Shown here: positions 40,370-60,490 of the stretch, one piece after another
Position numbering within the stretch: position 1 is the first letter of the stretch
Layout: the number at the start of each line of letters is the position of its first letter
Source of the DNA: the human T2T-CHM13v2.0 reference genome, Homo sapiens
Strand: one strand, 5' to 3'
Assembly: GCF_009914755.1 (NCBI RefSeq)
Contig: NC_060926.1
Length of the DNA: 64,000 nt
Notes under the pieces: generated by a model
Database searches by the model: none
What the model saw: the letters and a program-made list of their open reading frames with translations, nothing else
What the model was told of the DNA's origin: nothing
Position numbers and translations under genes: made by a program

Positions 40370-40524
40370 TACATTGGTAAGCAAAAGGCATTTGTTTTAA
40401 CACAAAAGAATGGAGTCAAAGAGAAACAGAGGCATCATCTCTGCAGCAATCTCCCTAAAAGTCCATCATCTCAGTCTAAAGTGAAGGAACATAAGACAAA
40501 TCCGAAATGAGGGACATTCAACAA
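40370..40524 (+). repeat. ~155-bp direct repeat, left copy (right copy 42102-42255)
   Basis: tacattggtaagcaaaaggc...tgagggacattcaacaa versus tacattagtaagcaaaaggc...tgagggacattcaacaa. Confidence 0.95.
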
Positions 40525-40537
40525 TGAGGGATATATC

Positions 40538-42100
<1,563 letters not shown>

Positions 42101-43712
42101 GTACATTAGTAAGCAAAAGGCATTTGTTTAACACAAAAGAATGGAGTCAAAGAGAAACAGATGCAGCATCTCTGTGGTACTCTCCCCAAAAGTCCATCAT
42201 CTCAGTCTAAAGTGAAAGAACATCAGACAAATCCGACGTGAGGGACATTCAACAAAATACTGATCAGTACTTTTCAAAAAGTATCAAGGTCATGAAGGAT
42301 AAGGAAAGATTAAGAAACTACCACAGAATGAAGAGACTAAAAAGACACAATAATTAAATGCAATGTAATATCCTGTATTGGATTAACAAAATAAAGTAAC
42401 AAGTCACAGACTGGGAGAAAATATTTTCAAATCTTGTATTTGATAAAAGCTATGTAAGAAGAATATATAAAGAATTCTTTAATAAGAAGACAGACAACCC
42501 AATTAAAACTTAGGTAAAATATGTGAATAGACAATTCACTAGAGACAATACTTAATGGCAAACAAGCACATGAAAAGCTGTTCAACATCATTACTTACAT
42601 GGAAATGCAAATTAAAGCCACAATGTAATACACATTATTAGAATGGCTATAATCAAAAAGACAAAAAAAAAAGCGCTGATAAGAATGAGGAGAAACTGGA
42701 ACCGTCATATGTTGCCATAGGGAATGTAAAATAGTATAGCCACTTTAGAAAACTACTTGGCATTGTCTTAGGAGGTTATATAATATATACAGTTAACATA
42801 CAACCCAGTAATCCTACTCTTAGTTTTTCATGCCAGAGAAATGAAAACAAATATCCAGAATTGCATGGGAATGTTCATAACAGCTTTATGCATAATAGCC
42901 CCAAAGTGGAAAAATACAAATCTCCATCAATTAGTAAATTTATAAACAAAATGTAGTTTACCCATACAACAAAATACTCGGCAATAAGAAGGAACAAACT
43001 ACTGATTTATACAACAAGGATGAACCTGGAAAGAAAAGCCAGACACAAAAGATTACACAGTTTGCCAGAGAGCTGGTGACTGGAAAAAAATAGGAACCCC
43101 CCAAAAAAAGATTAGACAGTATATTACTTCAACTACGTGAAATTTATAGAAAAGGTAAACTGTAAAGAAGGAAAAAAAGCAACATCATTTGTTGACTAGG
43201 TCTGGAGGTGGGGACAAGGATTGACTGAGTACAAAGAGGCACAAACTTTTTGGTAAAACGGAAATTCTAAAAGAATTCTAGTGATGCTAAAACTGATCAA
43301 ACTGTGTATAGTTTATAACACAAATTATACAGTTATGTGTTAATTTTTTATATGTAGATTATACTGCAATAAGCTATTAAAGCGGTAGGCGTGGGCGGGG
43401 AGGGTACAATCAAAAAGAAGAAAACATATGTCTCAAATTATGCTAATAGTTTTGATAAAATAAGAAATGAGCAATGATCACTGGATTTAGCTACTCTGGG
43501 GAGTATTAGTAGCCTCCGTAAGTGTAATTTTGGTGTTATGGTTAGCATGAAAACCCAACAACAATAGGACCTGAAAAATGGAAGCAACAAATACACATAA
43601 TTATTACATGGAATTTTGCAGTAAAGAAGTAAAGAAATATAGTGGTAACTGGAGGAGAATATGCAGTCAAGAGTAGGCTGGTTTGGTTGCTTTGTTTTTA
43701 AAGGGAAAAATA

Positions 43713-44010
<298 letters not shown>

Positions 44011-44146
44011 AGGGGAAAATAGTGTGCTTTTATGGTAATAAGAACGATCAATAGAGAATGGATTGAGTGGGAGAAAATCTATAGAATTGCCAGAGCAATG
44101 TTCTTGAGTACATAATAGGAGGCAATGGTTGAAACTGCATGACAAG

Positions 44147-44906
<760 letters not shown>

Positions 44907-45515
44907 TCATTTCCTTGGAAACGGAGGAAGCAGTGTCATCAACTGGGTGTTAAGATGCAGGAGGAGGTGTTAGAAATTTGAGGACATGGGAGAAAGAAAG
45001 AAATAGTTGTCATGGAGAATGATAGAGAATGAATAGTGCAGTATAGTATGACTGCCAGCCAGAGCATGGATTTAAAGCTAGAATAATTGGCAGGTTTTTC
45101 TCCAACCACCATTAGAAGTACGGGCATACAGGAACAAGCTTGATGAAAAGTCGGATTTAACCAGAACTGTCCTAGCCACATGAGGACAGAAAATAAGAAG
45201 GAGCAAGAAATTTGAGAGTGTATTTGAGGAAAGTATTAGAATGATTAACCATGGAATTTAATCTAGGTATGAAGAAAAGAGGCTATCAGGAGAGTGAGAG
45301 ACTGTGCAAAGGTGTAGCGTTTGGAAGGATCAATAGATTGTAGGTCCTGGTAGTGTTTTGACTAATTGTTGGAACTGGAGTAGAAAAGGTGTGAGCTGGA
45401 AAAATAAGACGTGAAAATTTTCCTTATGAAATTTATTTGATAATTCCTTCAATTTAATGTTTAATTTTCCTATTTTATTTTCTCTTTATGAAGTATCTCT
45501 TAGCTATGTGTTTAA

Positions 45516-45899
<384 letters not shown>

Positions 45900-47392
45900 T
45901 AAGTTTTAAAATATCAAGAATCATACTTTTGATTTATAAGAGCTCTTTCTTATTCTCAGCCTGTTCATTTTTCATAGCCATTTTTCATTTTATAAATGCT
46001 GTGGCTTTTCAGCATTCTCTATGTTTCTCAGAATATTTTTTCTGAAGTATCTTATGTTCCCTGAATAATCTGCTTCTTCTGAGGACAGTCTCCCTCTTTC
46101 AAAATGCTCATTTGCTTCCTATGATGGATGATCACTGGTGGTTCAGAATGAAGGGGTGGACTTATAATTCTAGGTAATATGTTGTGTTTTATCCCTTCTG
46201 CTGTTGGATATGTAGAAAAATCAGCTGCTAGGTCCACTAAGTTTCCTTCTATTTTGTACTCTGGGCTGGAACTACCTCTTTTTCTATTTCAGCTGTCAGC
46301 AATCTTCAGTAAATTTGCTGAACCTTTTCATCTACAAATGACCAGTCTCTCTTCACTATCATGGGTTTATTTTTTATACTTATAATGAGTTTTAATGAGA
46401 TTTTGAGAGGGAAACAAGGGAAATGACAGTGGTTACTTATTCTACCATTTTGTACCAGAAGCCATATTCTTTTTATTTTACTGAAATGTATTCGACTAGA
46501 AAGCCCATTTAGTTAGAGTAATTTTGGAAACTCTAGAGTATTGTACAAAGATGAAGAGTTGCCATAGTTTTGCCTCCTGGACAGAACAGACCCGACTTCC
46601 CAAATATGTATGCTAAATTACAAAGGAAAAGGAAATACTTGAGCTCCTTTAATATTTAGTATTTTAGAGTTCTTGTTTTTGGCCAAATCTCCAGGTCTAT
46701 CGGGCTTAAGCAAGATTAAAAGAAATAGAAAAATACACAAATAGCCTAAGTAGATAAGAACTAGGCATTATGATTCATGATCTTTCCTCTTTTAACAAAG
46801 ATTTCCTGCGCTCTCAGCTGCACACCAATTTTAATGAAAACCACTCTTGGCAATTAATTGTTGAGTTGACATCAATAAAATGTTGACATTTATCTGAACA
46901 GCCGCTATACATTTACTTTGAAAAATCTCAAAGTAATCTTATGATGAAACTTCAATCACATCAATCTGGAATTCAGTCTCTTTGTAAAGTAATAAAAGAT
47001 ATTTCAGTTGAACAACAGTTGGAAAATACTAAGACATTCACTATAACACAAATTATTAGCAATCACATGCAAAACACAAGAAATAGGAGTAAAGACTTTA
47101 TGCCAATTGCTGATGTCCTCCATAAACACATATGAGTGGGCAAATTATTCATTAATGATAAAAATGAGAAGGAATTAATGTATTAGTCTCAAAAGGCAGA
47201 CTTCATGCACTCTGATTAAAGACTAATAATGATTTATAAGGCTCAAATGGAAGCCAGAAGAATGCTGGCCACAGGTACTTCAGATATAGACAAAAGAGCT
47301 CACAAAAAAACTTTGTAAAGAAGGGGAGAGGACCCAAAATTGTATGTGAAATGTGTGTATACATGTAAACATGCACATGAATAATAGCTAAC

Positions 47393-48690
<1,298 letters not shown>

Positions 48691-48739
48691 GGTGGAGTCT
48701 CTTGCAATAGAAATTTTATTTTAGAATAACTTGTTTATT

Positions 48740-48860
48740 CTGGGAGGCAAAGCTTGCAGTAAGCCGAGATGACGCCACTGCACTCCAGCCTGGGTGACAG
48801 AGCACTCCGTCTCAAAAAAAATAAACAAATAAAATAAAATAAAATTAAAAAAAAAAAAAA
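48740..48860 (+). mobile_element. Severely 5'-truncated AluY-like insertion
   Basis: Last ~70 nt of Alu plus tail; TSD agaataacttgtttatt / agaataactcgcttatt. Confidence 0.9.
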
Positions 48861-48869
48861 GAATAACTC

Positions 48870-49085
48870 GCTTATTGAGAGCTTATATAACAGGCAATAT
48901 TTGAAGCACTTCATATGCATTAACTCTATTAATCCTCAAAAACACCCTATGATACTAAAAAATTTTATGTTTCTATTATAGATTAGGAAACTGAGGCTCA
49001 GAGAGGTTAAGTAACGTATCCAAGGTCAAACAGCTAGTAGTAGAAGACCCGGCATTTAAACTGAAGCAATTGAGCTTCAGAGCCT
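48870..49085 (-). mobile_element. MIR
   Basis: ggaaactgaggctcagagaggttaagtaacgtatcaaggtcaaacagctagt. Confidence 0.85.
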
Positions 49086-49119
49086 TCTCATACTGCTTTT
49101 ACGAGACTCTTAAAACTAT

Positions 49120-50560
<1,441 letters not shown>

Positions 50561-50574
50561 AAATTATAAACATT

Positions 50575-52872
50575 TGTATTAGTCTGTATTCATGCTGCTG
50601 ATAAAGATATACCAAAACTGGGAAGAAATAGAGTTTTAATTGGACTTACAGTTCCACATGGCTGGGGAGGCAAAAGGCACTTCTTACATGGCAGAGGCAA
50701 AAGGAAAATGAGGAAGCAGCAAAAGCAGAAACCCCTGATGAACCCATCAGATCTTGTGAAACTTTATTCACTATCATGAGAACGGCATGGAAAAGAGGCC
50801 CCCATGATTCAATTACCTCCCCCTGGGTCCCTCCCACAACACATGGACATTCTGGGAGATACAATTCAAGTTGAGATTTGAATGGGTACACAGCCAAACC
50901 ATATCATTCCCCCCATGGCCCCTCCAAATTTCATGTCCTCACATTTCAAAACCAATCATGCCTTCCCAACAGTCCCCCAAAGTCTTAACTAATTTCAGCA
51001 TTAACCTAAAAGTCCACAATCCAAAGTCTCATCTGAGACAAGGCAAGTCCCTTCCACCTATGAACCTGTAAAATCCAAAGCAAGTTAGTTACGTCCTGGA
51101 TACAATGGGAGTACAGGTATGGGGTAAATACAGCAGTTCCAAATGGAGGAATTGGCCAAAATAAAGGGGTTGTAGGGCCCATGCAAGTCTGAAATCCAGC
51201 AGGGCAGTCAAATTTTAAAGCTCCAAAATTATCTTGTTTGACTCCAGGTCTCACATCCAGGTCATGCTGATACAAGAGGTGGGCTCCCATGGTCTTGGGC
51301 AGCTCTGCCCCTGTGGCTTTGCAGGGTAGAGCCTCCCTCCTGGCTGCTTTCATGGACTGGTGTTGAGTGTCTGCAGCTTTTCCAGGCACACAGTGCAGGC
51401 TGTCAGTGGATCTACCATTCTGGGTTCTGGAGGACGGTGGCTCTCTTCTCACAGCTCCACTAGGCAGTGCCCCAGTAGGGACACTGTGTGGGGGCTCCGA
51501 CCCAACATTTCCCTTCCACACTGCCCTAACAGAGGTTCTGCATGGGGGCCCTGCCCTTGCAGCAAACTTTTGCCTGGGCATGCGGGTGTTTCCATACAGC
51601 TTCTGAAATCTAGGCAGGGATTCCCAACCTCAATTCTTGATTTCTGTGCACCTGCAGGCTCAATAACAAATGGACACTGCCAAGGCTTGGGGCTTCCACC
51701 CTCTGAAGCCATAGCCCAAGCTCTACAGTGGCCCCTTTCAGCCATGGCTGGAGTGGCTGGGACACAAGACACCAAGTCCTTGGGCCTGGCCCACAAAACC
51801 ATTTTTTCCTCCTGGGCCTCCAGGCCTGTGATGGGAGGGGCTGCTGTGAAGGTCTCTGACATGGCCTGGAGACATTTTCTCCATGGTCTTTTGGATTAAC
51901 ATTAGGCTCCTTGCTACTTATGCAAATTTCTGCAGCCAGCTTGAATTTCTCCTCAAGAAATAGATTTTTCTTTTCTACTGCATCATCAGGCTGCAAATTT
52001 TCCAAACTTTTATGCTCTGTTTCCCTTTTAAAACGGAATGCCTTTAACAGTACCCAAGTCACCTCTTGAATCCTTTTCTGCTTAGAAATTTCTTCCGCCA
52101 GATACCCTAACTCATCTCTCTCAAGTTCAAAGTTCCACAAATCTCTAGGGCAGGGGCAAAGTGCCGTCAGTCTCTTCGCTAAAACATAACAAGAGTCACC
52201 TTTGCTCCAATTCCCAACAAGTTCCTCATCTCCATCTGAGACCACCTCAGCCTGGATCTTATTGTTCATATAACTATCAGCAATTTTGTCACAGCCATTC
52301 AACAAATCTCTAGGAGGTTCCAAACTTTCCCACATTTTCCTGTCTTCTTCAGAGCCCTTCAAACTGTTTCAACCTCTGCCTGTTACCCAGTTCCAAAGTC
52401 ACTTCCACATTTTTGGGTATCTTTTCAGCAACGCCCAACTCTACTGATACCAATTATTGTATTAGTCTGTTTTCATGCTGCTGATAAAGACATACCCGAA
52501 ACTGGGAACAAAAAGAGGTTTAATTGGACTTACGGTTCCACATGACTGGGGAGGCCTCAGAATTATGACAGGAGGCGAAAGCCACTTCTTACATGGTGGC
52601 AGCAAAAGAAAAATCGGGAAGAAGCAAAAGTGCAAACCCCGATAAACCCATCAGATCTCATGAGACTTATTCACTATCACGAGAATAGCATGGGAAAGAC
52701 TGGCCCCCACGATTCAGTTACCTCCCACTGGGTCCCTTCCAGGAAGAACATGTGTTAATAGGAAATATTGGTGCAGCCATTTTTAGACAGTACAGCCTCC
52801 CACAACACATGGGAATTCCAGGAGATACAATTCAAGTTGAGATTTGAATGGGGACACAGTGAAACCATATCA
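50575..52872 (-). mobile_element. Complete THE1A MaLR provirus (LTRs 50575-50906 and 52458-52872)
   Basis: Two LTRs tgtattagtctg...ccatatca, ~1.55 kb internal region, TSD acatt at 50570-50574 and 52873-52877. Confidence 0.93.
51610..52362 (-). pseudogene. THE1 internal ORF remnant (250 aa frame)
   Basis: GSEEDRKMWESLEPPRDLLNG...GNWSKGDSCYVLAKRL...DLWNFELERDELGYLAEEISKQ, typical MaLR internal ORF. Confidence 0.8.
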
Positions 52873-52956
52873 ACATTCATATTATATAAAAACATTGTTT
52901 CGGAGCCTTTCACAAATAGTGACCAGGCTCTCATTATTAATTTATTGGGTCTCTCA

Positions 52957-53444
52957 CTCTCTCTCTTTTTAAATCTTTAATTTTTTTTTAATTTAATAAT
53001 CTGAACAGCTTTAGGAATACAAGTGATTTCTGGTTATATAGATTAATTGCAGAGTGGTAAAGCCTGGGCTTTTAGTCTACTATACACCCAAATAGTGTAC
53101 ACTCTACCCAAAAGATGACTTTTCATCCCTCACCCCCTTCCCATCCTCCCCTTTCTGAGTCTCCAAGGTCCATTATACCACTCTGTATGCCTTTGCATAC
53201 CCATGACTTAACTTCTACTTATAAGTGAGAACATTTGGTATTTAGTTTTCCATTCCTGAGTTACTTCACTTAGGATAATGACCTCTAGTTCCATCCAGGT
53301 TGCTGCAAAAGACATTTTTCATTCTTTTTCATGGCTGAGTAGTATTCCATGGTATATACATACCACACTTACTTTATCCACTCATTGGCTGATGGGCACT
53401 TATGATACTTCTGTATCTTTGTAATTGTGAATTGTGCTGTGGTC
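52957..53444 (-). mobile_element. Short L1PB-like 3' end insertion
   Basis: Reverse L1 3'UTR; TSD ttgggtctctc at 52945 and 53445. Confidence 0.88.
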
Positions 53445-53719
53445 TTGGGTCTCTCTCAATGCGCTACTACAATTTAGAATGGAGAATATTAGGAGAGCAA
53501 ATTTTCCATTCCCATTCTCCAAATCCAACAGTCTTGCTATTTTTTTATTTCAGCCAACAAAAGAGGCACCAGAAACCACAGAACAATTATATACAAGAGG
53601 TATATATAACTTAGGCTGGGTCAAGAAGAATACACAAATGAAAACTATCTTTATGTCAATGACCTGCTCAAACTCTTTCAGTGTGCCTGGCCACTGAATG
53701 GGATCACAATGCCTTCTTA

Positions 53720-54038
<319 letters not shown>

Positions 54039-54119
54039 GACTTCTTACACTTTCTAACTACAAGAGTTTCTTTTTCAACCTTCTAGTTCACCCTCCAAAT
54101 GACTCCATACTACTACTGA

Positions 54120-54444
<325 letters not shown>

Positions 54445-54667
54445 CAACTATTGATTTTTTAAAAATTTCAGCTTGCCAGTATCTCTAGTTGATTATTGTT
54501 TATGGATAAAATATTCCACATCTCTAAAGGATTAAATTATTCCAAAATCTACTTTGCTTATTTCCTTGAATTAATTTTATTTGTTTAGTTCATTGCCTGT
54601 CATGATACTGGCTTTGGAGATTTTTCTTTTTTTGTCATTATTTTTTGTGAGAATTACATTCAGCTGG

Positions 54668-55050
54668 TATGTTGATTAGGGTAGACTTGGCTATATAGCA
54701 AATAGACTCCAAAACATGTAAGAATTCATCTGAAAAAGGAATTTATTTCCTAATCACATAGTAGTAGGAGAAGGTGTTGCTGATTTGCAAGCAGTTCTCC
54801 TCCATGTGGTAACAGGAATCCAGGCCCCTTACATCTTGAGGTTTTGCCAACACCTAGGTTCTCCATCTAGCTGGCAAGGGGGAATAGCAAGAAAACACAT
54901 GTGGGAAGTGTCTTCTGCTAATATTTCATTGGCTAGAACTCAGTCACATGGCCTTACATTACCTGTAAGGAAAGTAGGGAAAAGTAGGCTAGCTATATCC
55001 TCAATAAGAGTAAGAAACAAATTTTGGTGAACAGCTAACAGTGTTGTCAT
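54668..55050 (-). mobile_element. Old MLT1 LTR
   Basis: ttcattggctagaactcagtcacatggcc...ttttggtgaacagctaacag. Confidence 0.6.
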
Positions 55051-55479
55051 AGCCATTCTGTTAAAGCACTATTCATGACAATCTATTTTTAGAGAAGAGA
55101 TGGGAGGTGCTTTGGAGTAGACTGTATTAATAGTTAATTTTATGGGTAAAGTAGTTCTCATTCATCCCGAGAATGCCAGCCATGGGAAGCTGTGGTGATC
55201 TTTCCAAAGGAACCAGAAAGCCACACTTACTGATTCATCTGAAGTTAGATTGTTACATTACTAGATGCCTGCCCAAAGAATTTTTTACGTGGATACAAAG
55301 TACAGGATTGGGGAACAGTCTATTCCTAAAGAACCTCAAATTATCACTCTACTGACTGCCTCTGGATCTCATTCTCATTTAAGAATCTACCACCTCTGAC
55401 AGCAGAACACCTTTCAAATGGTCTCTAAATTCTGAAATAGAGAAGACTGTAGGAGGGGCAGGATTGACAAGGAAATTAG

Positions 55480-56995
55480 TAAATTCAATATTTTCAATGG
55501 AAATATAATTCACTTGCCCTGAAATTCACTCTTTTAAAGCATACAATGCAGATTTTAATGTATTCACAAAGTTGTGCAATCATCTATCTAATTCCAGGAC
55601 ATTTCATAAATACGCCATCATACAATAAGTGGCCTCTTGTGTCTGGCTTCCTTAACTCAGCATGATGTTTTCAAGGTTCATACATGTGATACAGTGTATT
55701 AGTATTCCATTTCATGGATACTAGTCCATTTTATGGATTCAGCACATTTGTTTGTCCATGACTATTTGGCTTCATTCTACTTTTAGGATAACATGAAAAA
55801 TAGTGAAAGACCAAATGTATACATGTTTTTGTCACCATATATTCTCAATTTTCTTGGGTACAATACATCTACAAGTGGAAGGGCTGGATTATGTGGTAAC
55901 TTTATGCATACCTTTGTGAGGAACTAGCAAACTGTTTTTCAAAGTGGCTGCACTATTTTACATTCCAATTAGGAGTGCATGAGGATTTCAATTAATCCAC
56001 ATCCTTGTCAACACTTACTATTGTCTTTCTTTTTGATTATAGCCATCCTCATGGGTAAGATTAAAGATGTTCAGCATCTTTTCATGAGCTTATTGGCAAT
56101 TTGTATATCCTCTTTGGATGAATGTCTATTCATATTTTTTGCCCATTTTTTCATTGAGTTATCTTATTATTGCTGAGTTATAAGTTGTTTATATATCCTT
56201 GATACAAGTCCCTTATCAGAAACATGATTTTCAAATATTTGTTCCTAGTCTATGGGTTATCTTTACACTTTATTGATGATGCCCGTCTATTCATATCCTT
56301 TGCCCATTTTTTAATTGAGTTATCTTTTTATTGCTGAGTTATAAGTTTTTTATATATTCTTGATACAAGTCCCTTATCAGAAACATGATTTGCAAATAAT
56401 TGTTCCTAGTCTGTGGGTTATCTTTATTAATGATGTCCTTTAAAGCACAGAAGTTTCTTAATTTAATGAAATTCAGTTTATGTACTTTTAATTTGGTTGT
56501 ATGTTTTTAGGTGTCATATCTATGAAGCCACTGTCTCCTACCAAGTCACAAAAATTTACACTTAGGTTTTCTTTCAAGTTCTAGCTCTTACATCTTTGAT
56601 CTATTTTGAGTTAATTTTTGTGAATAGTGTAAAGTAGGGGTTTATACTTCGTACTTTTGTATGTGAGTTAACTATTGTTGCGGCACTATTTGTTGAAAAT
56701 ACTGTTCTCTCCCCCAATGAGTAAGCATACTTGTTGAAATCAACTGACCATAAATGTATGCTTTTATTTCTAGTATTCCACTGATCGTGTGTATGTCTCT
56801 CTTTATGCCAGTACTTATAGTCTTCATTCATTACTATAGCTATGTAGTAGTTTCAAAATCAGAAGTATGAGACTTTCTCAAAATTGTTTTGGCTATCTTG
56901 GATCCTTTGCATTTCATATGAATTTTAGAATCAGCTTGCCAAGGCTGCAAAAAAAAAAGGCAACTGGAATCTTGATAGCTATTACACTGAATGTG
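55480..56995 (-). mobile_element. Old L1MB/MC-like 3' fragment
   Basis: gtctggcttccttaactcagcatgatgttttcaaggttcat; caaactgtttttcaaagtggctgcactattttacattcc. Confidence 0.85.
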
Positions 56996-58815
56996 TAATA
57001 TCAGTTGATTTTAGACATGCTGCATATATGTCTACCAGACATGCAAAAAAGATGTTACATTTAGAATTCAGAGAAAAATGATCACATTTATTACATACCA
57101 CGTTAACCACTTATGAAATTGGTACTTCAGGGACACTGAACTCTACTGATGACAGAGGAAAATCATTCTAGGAATAAAAACTATTTAGAATCAGAAAATT
57201 CTTCCAGACAGTCCCTAGATCTAAGTCGGGGGAAGAAAACAACAAAAAAGTTTATGAGGAGACACAGAGATCTATTCTAATCCACCCAGTACTAAATTCA
57301 ATAGTATCACTAATATTCCTATATTTTTAAATTGAGTTGTAGGGTGATATGTGCTAAATTTATTATTTTGCTATTGTAGAAACAGTACCTTACATACATT
57401 ACTTTGACTATAATCAAATATTCCCAAATTATAAAAAGGGACAGAAAGAAAAAAATAAAACTCTGATCAAAGCAGGTTAAATCACTGCTCAAGGTCAGAC
57501 ACCTAACTAATATTCAAACTAAAACAAGAACCCAGGTCTCCTAACTCCCAAAGACACTGTGGTTTGTAGATTATAAGCTAACTTTTTTGAACCCTCTCTT
57601 CCCGTCATGATACTTCTTATCACCTTCTTTTGGGTAACTGATAAAAACTAAATGAAAGTGATCCTGACTATTTCTTACATATGTGACAGACTCCCAGACT
57701 GTCACAGTTCAGACCGGCCTAATACTGTATTAATGGAATTGGTAGCTATGCAGAAAGCATAATCATTCGACTTTGTCAATTCTTTCTGCCTCATTCTTCT
57801 CTTAAACATAAGACTACTCCCATATACATGAGATATTTGGGGCTACAAAGTCACCAATAGGCTTCTAAAACTCATCTCTTCATCTCATTTTAATACACTT
57901 TCAGCTTACTGAGACAATGTCAGTGCCCAGCTTGCCTAGTAAAATTTGAAGCTCAAATCAAAGCACAAAGGAAGAAGCATACCATGCCCAGAGAAGAAAG
58001 AATATTACTATAATTTCCTCTTATTATAAATGTCCTATTACTATTCTGTCAAAGAAAGACCCTAACAGAAGAAATTAGGATTCTTTGCTCCAATGAGGAA
58101 TTTTATCACTGTCTTTGATTTTTTTAAAGCAATTGTGTATCTCTATCTGCTTTTTAAAATCTGAAAAACATAAAGGTCTAAAAAAGTAAGATATACACAA
58201 AGAAAAAAGTTTTCATCCAGTTCCAGAGCTTAACATATCTAGAAATTCTCCTTATGAAACAAATCTTCTAACAACATAGTTAACTTTAGAGGGATCTATT
58301 CAGAATGACAACATAAATTTCTGGGGTACCAACTCTGAAAACAACTAAGAAAAAGGAATCTTTGGGTTGATATATTTATATTAATTTGACAGCAGCCAAA
58401 AGATTAAAAAAATAAAAATAGAAAAATTTCAAGTAACAAATCTTTCATTGATTCATCCTAAATATTAAAGTCTAAAACTCTGGTTCTGAAGTATTTTTTT
58501 CCTGTCAATCTCATTCTCATGGGTACTTCACTATTATCAGTAAGATTTCCCATTATACAAAGTACCTTGAAACAGAAAGAGAAACACATCAGAATATTCA
58601 AGGGTGTAAAGGTGGTGAATGGGGCAGGGGTAGGGGGTGTGGAAAGAGGGTCAGGATGTGCGAAATTTTTAAATGTCCCTTCCTGACTTGGCTCAGAATT
58701 GCTATTTGACAATGTTTTACACCTGTAGCTGCAAGAAGTCCTTACTCCAATGGTGACTTTTAGTTTAATTTTTCTGTTTACTGCTTAAATATTAGCAAAC
58801 TTTCAAACAGCTAAC

Positions 58816-59117
58816 TTTTTTTTTTTTTGAGATGGAGTTTCATTCTGTCATCTAGGCTGGAGTGCAGTGACGTGATCTCTCAGCTCACTGCAACCTCTGC
58901 CTCCTGGGTTCAAGCGATTCTCCTGCTTCAGTCTCCTGAGTGGCTGGGATTACAGGTGCCCGCCACCACGCCCAGCTAATTTTTAAAAAATATTTTTAGT
59001 AGAGATGAGGTTTCACCATGTTGAACAGGCTGGTATCGAACTCTTGACCTCAGGTGATCTGCCTCCTTCAGCCTCCTAAAGTGCTGGGATTGCAGGTGTG
59101 AGCCACCGAGCCTGGAC
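58816..59117 (-). mobile_element. Alu (AluSx-like)
   Basis: TSD aaacagctaactttt / aaacggctaactttt. Confidence 0.95.
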
Positions 59118-59427
59118 GAAACGGCTAACTTTTGAACCTGAAAATTTCCACTCATCCAGAAGCATTATCAATTATGTAATATTTATAACTTGCTGCATGA
59201 TGAAACTGCATAAAATAAACCAAAGTAAGTTTAGTTCCATGAATCTTTAGTATCTAAGGCAATTTTCGTATTTTCTCAAAGGCAGTAGGCAATGAATTTA
59301 ACAAATTATGCTTCTTGCCCCAACAAGAATCTCAGAAAAAGAAATTAAATCAAGTATTCTATTTTTGCCTTAAAATAAATATATTTTATAATACATATAA
59401 ATCATAATACAAACTATAATCTTATAG

Positions 59428-59633
59428 AGCTGTGCTGTTCAATATGGTAGCCACTAATGACCAATTTTTAATTAATTTAAATTAACTAAAAGGCAATAAA
59501 ATAAAACATTCAGTCCCTTAGTCATATTAGTAACTTTTTAGTAATCAATAACCATAGTAGCTATCAGGTGCTGTATTACACATCTGTAAATATAAAACAT
59601 TTCTATCACTGCATAAAGTTCTATTGGATAGCA
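59428..59633. mobile_element. MER3/MER33-like hAT MITE
   Basis: gtgctgttcaatatggtagccact...agttctattggatagc inverted termini. Confidence 0.7.
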
Positions 59634-59838
59634 ATAGAGAACAGGCCTGAAAATGACCACTGAAGCTGATATTCCCCTTCCGGGTGGGTGTGAAAACTTT
59701 ATATAATCACTTTCATCACTCCTGTATAGCTCATGTATACATTATTCACATATTATGCTATAAATAAAAATGGCTGGTATACTTGTTTGACCTTCACAAC
59801 CAAATAAGTGATAAACAACATGCCTTTAAGATAAATCT

Positions 59839-60138
<300 letters not shown>

Positions 60139-60289
60139 ATAAATTTGACAAGTTCACAAAGCAGGTCTTTTGCTATAGATAATTATAATCTATAGCTCAG
60201 TACTATGAATCTAAAATCATGAGCTTATAAGCAGAAAACACTGTACCTGGACTAGACAGCTCTACGTAGCATCGTAGGCACTGGAGATG

Positions 60290-60490
60290 ATACTAGTTCT
60301 GAAGTCAAAAAAATGATTCAAATATAGGTTCTGCCACTTTGTCTGAGAAACCTTAAATTCATTGAATCTAGTTTCTTCACTAGCAAAATGGAAAATATAG
60401 TATACGTCTGAAAAGATCGTTAGCAGGATTAAATAATTTAAAACATATAAATCATTTAGCAGTCTCTAGGCAAAGTAAGATTCAGTAAAC
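60290..60490 (+). mobile_element. MIR
   Basis: ttctgccactt...gtttcttcactagcaaaatgg...ggattaaataa. Confidence 0.65.

Noticed and set aside
57674-57805. Minus-strand GTAAGA donor and an 8-bp hairpin tgtgacag/ctgtcaca (57682-57706)
   Set aside because: The acceptor is weak, the one frame I translated ends in a stop, and an 8-bp stem is expected by chance in 64 kb.
58458-58590. Minus-strand acceptor-like site (tttctctttctgtttcaag) before a short ORF VLCIMGNLTDNSEVP
   Set aside because: No recognisable protein similarity and no matching donor, so unsupported without RNA data.
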